Positions 7,615-8,624 of a stretch of 8,624 bases of DNA are shown here, piece after piece. The translations under genes were made by a program, and so were the position numbers. The notes below the pieces were generated by a model. The model had not been told where the DNA came from. It ran no database searches and was given only the letters and a program-made list of their open reading frames with translations. Origin of the DNA: Azolla caroliniana (lineage: Eukaryota > Plantae > Polypodiophyta). The stretch spans positions 1 through 8,624 of the forward strand of contig JBHGNT010001426.1 in NCBI GenBank assembly GCA_043228905.1, read 5' to 3'. The first letter of the stretch is position 1. Every line of letters begins with the position of its first letter.

Positions 7615-8339
7615 GGGAGTAGAGTGACGAATGAGGAGCAAAAGGTAAGTCAAAGGTTGGCCCGATCAGACAAGTCGAAAAGGCAAATTCAAAAGAATCG
7701 AAATGCCATGAGGCTGAAGACGCAGCACTGAGCGAGGATACTGACTGGAGAAAAGATAGATCAAGGATCCAGTGAGGACCACAGGAGCAGGCATGAGCAG
7801 ATAGTAGATGATCGACCCAAGGCTGAGAGTCAGAATCGGACATGAGCTAACTCAGATAAACAAGTCGATTCAAACGCAAGACTATTCGAACAAATCGGTC
7901 TGACCAAACCGACTCAAACAAGACGACCCGAATGATATATGATCCGGAAAACTAGCCGAATAAGGCTAGATCCCGACTTTACCTCAGCTGACTCAGCTAT
8001 ATGACATTTGATTTGTATTAATAACTTTAGATTAAAATTGTAATCTAGGTCTACGGGGGAGATAACCCCATACCATTGTAAGTAGAAAGAGTAGTCCTTT
8101 TATGGAGGAGTTTGTTGGCATAAATGGATGACTCCTTCCACTTTGTATCTTTAGTATGAACACGTCTTGGAGTTAGGGCTTGAGTATATAAGCTCAACCC
8201 AAACATTGTAACGAGATTCCTTTTTGAGTCTTGGAGAGAAAGAGTTACAAAGAAAGACAGAATAAGAACTCAAATCTGAGTCTATTTTACTTTTTCTTCT
8301 TCTTGTCATGTATATGTGTTGTTTGTCGTACATCCTACA
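7615..8339 (+). mobile_element. LTR-like fragment of an unrelated retrotransposon (possibly Ty3/gypsy), lacking its 5' end
   Basis: Abrupt switch at the end of copia homology to purine-rich, CCGA/TCGG-rich non-coding sequence. TATATAA at 8185-8191 is followed by CATTGTAA, a GA-rich stretch, AATAAG and a T-rich tract, ending ...CGTACATCCTACA. No TG start, PBS or TSD found. Family assignment is by pattern recognition only. Confidence 0.5.
8185..8191 (+). promoter_or_regulatory. Putative TATA box of LTR-like fragment
   Basis: TATATAA flanked by the inverted repeat GGGCTTGAG/CTCAACCC. Confidence 0.45.
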
Positions 8340-8624
8340 GGTCTTCATACATTCTTTCTTGCATATCTTCCATCATCACCATCTGCCAAATTTCATGCCA
8401 CTCTCTAGAAACCAAGTTGTAATCATGGCTCATTTTCACATGGAAGCAACAATCTATGTCACATTCTAGACTCGAACCTTTGACTTTTAACACACACGGT
8501 ACATTGTGTTGTGGTAACCATATGGAAACTCTTATGAACTATCCACACTCGATTGTCAACTTATATATATTGTAAAGTCTAGTGTATAGTACATTCGAGA
8601 ATATTCTAATCGTTAGTATATTCT

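Noticed and set aside
7610-7843. 77-aa Ser-rich minus-strand ORF and the N-terminus of ORF 7123-7653
   Set aside because: They arise from the purine-skewed LTR-like fragment. The Met of 7123-7653 lies outside copia homology, so that ORF is a junction artefact.
8046-8085. GGGGGAGA as a PPT marking an LTR start
   Set aside because: It is not immediately followed by TG and is part of a small GGGG/CCCC hairpin.
8340-8440. Missing copia gag N-terminus or upstream beta5 exon
   Set aside because: Translations (e.g. REWHEIWQMVMMEDMQERMYEDL) match neither convincingly. No PBS (TGGTATCAGAGC) or GTTTLAF motif is present.

Overview
Plant (angiosperm-like), AT-rich nuclear DNA with no intact gene; it is a nest of decayed elements. 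The core is a degenerate, 5'-truncated Ty1/copia LTR retrotransposon on the minus strand (~2750-7614). Its order is gag C-terminus/zinc knuckle, protease, integrase, RT, RNase H, polypurine tract and a ~210-bp 3' LTR. It has many stops and frameshifts and damaged catalytic motifs. Its RNase H is split by a 1032-bp insert (3321-4352) flanked by a perfect 15-bp target-site duplication and ending in a short A-tail, which is the signature of LINE-type (TPRT) retroposition of a non-TE-looking sequence. Next to the LTR is an intron-containing pseudogene of 20S proteasome subunit beta-5 (PBE1/PSMB5-like, minus strand, ~2094-2579), only partly visible in the ORF track. The copia gag is joined at ~7614 to an unrelated LTR-like fragment (+ strand, to ~8339). 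The first 2 kb holds microsatellites, palindromes and a possible L1 remnant. No novel coding system can be supported; the TSD-flanked insert is the most interesting item.
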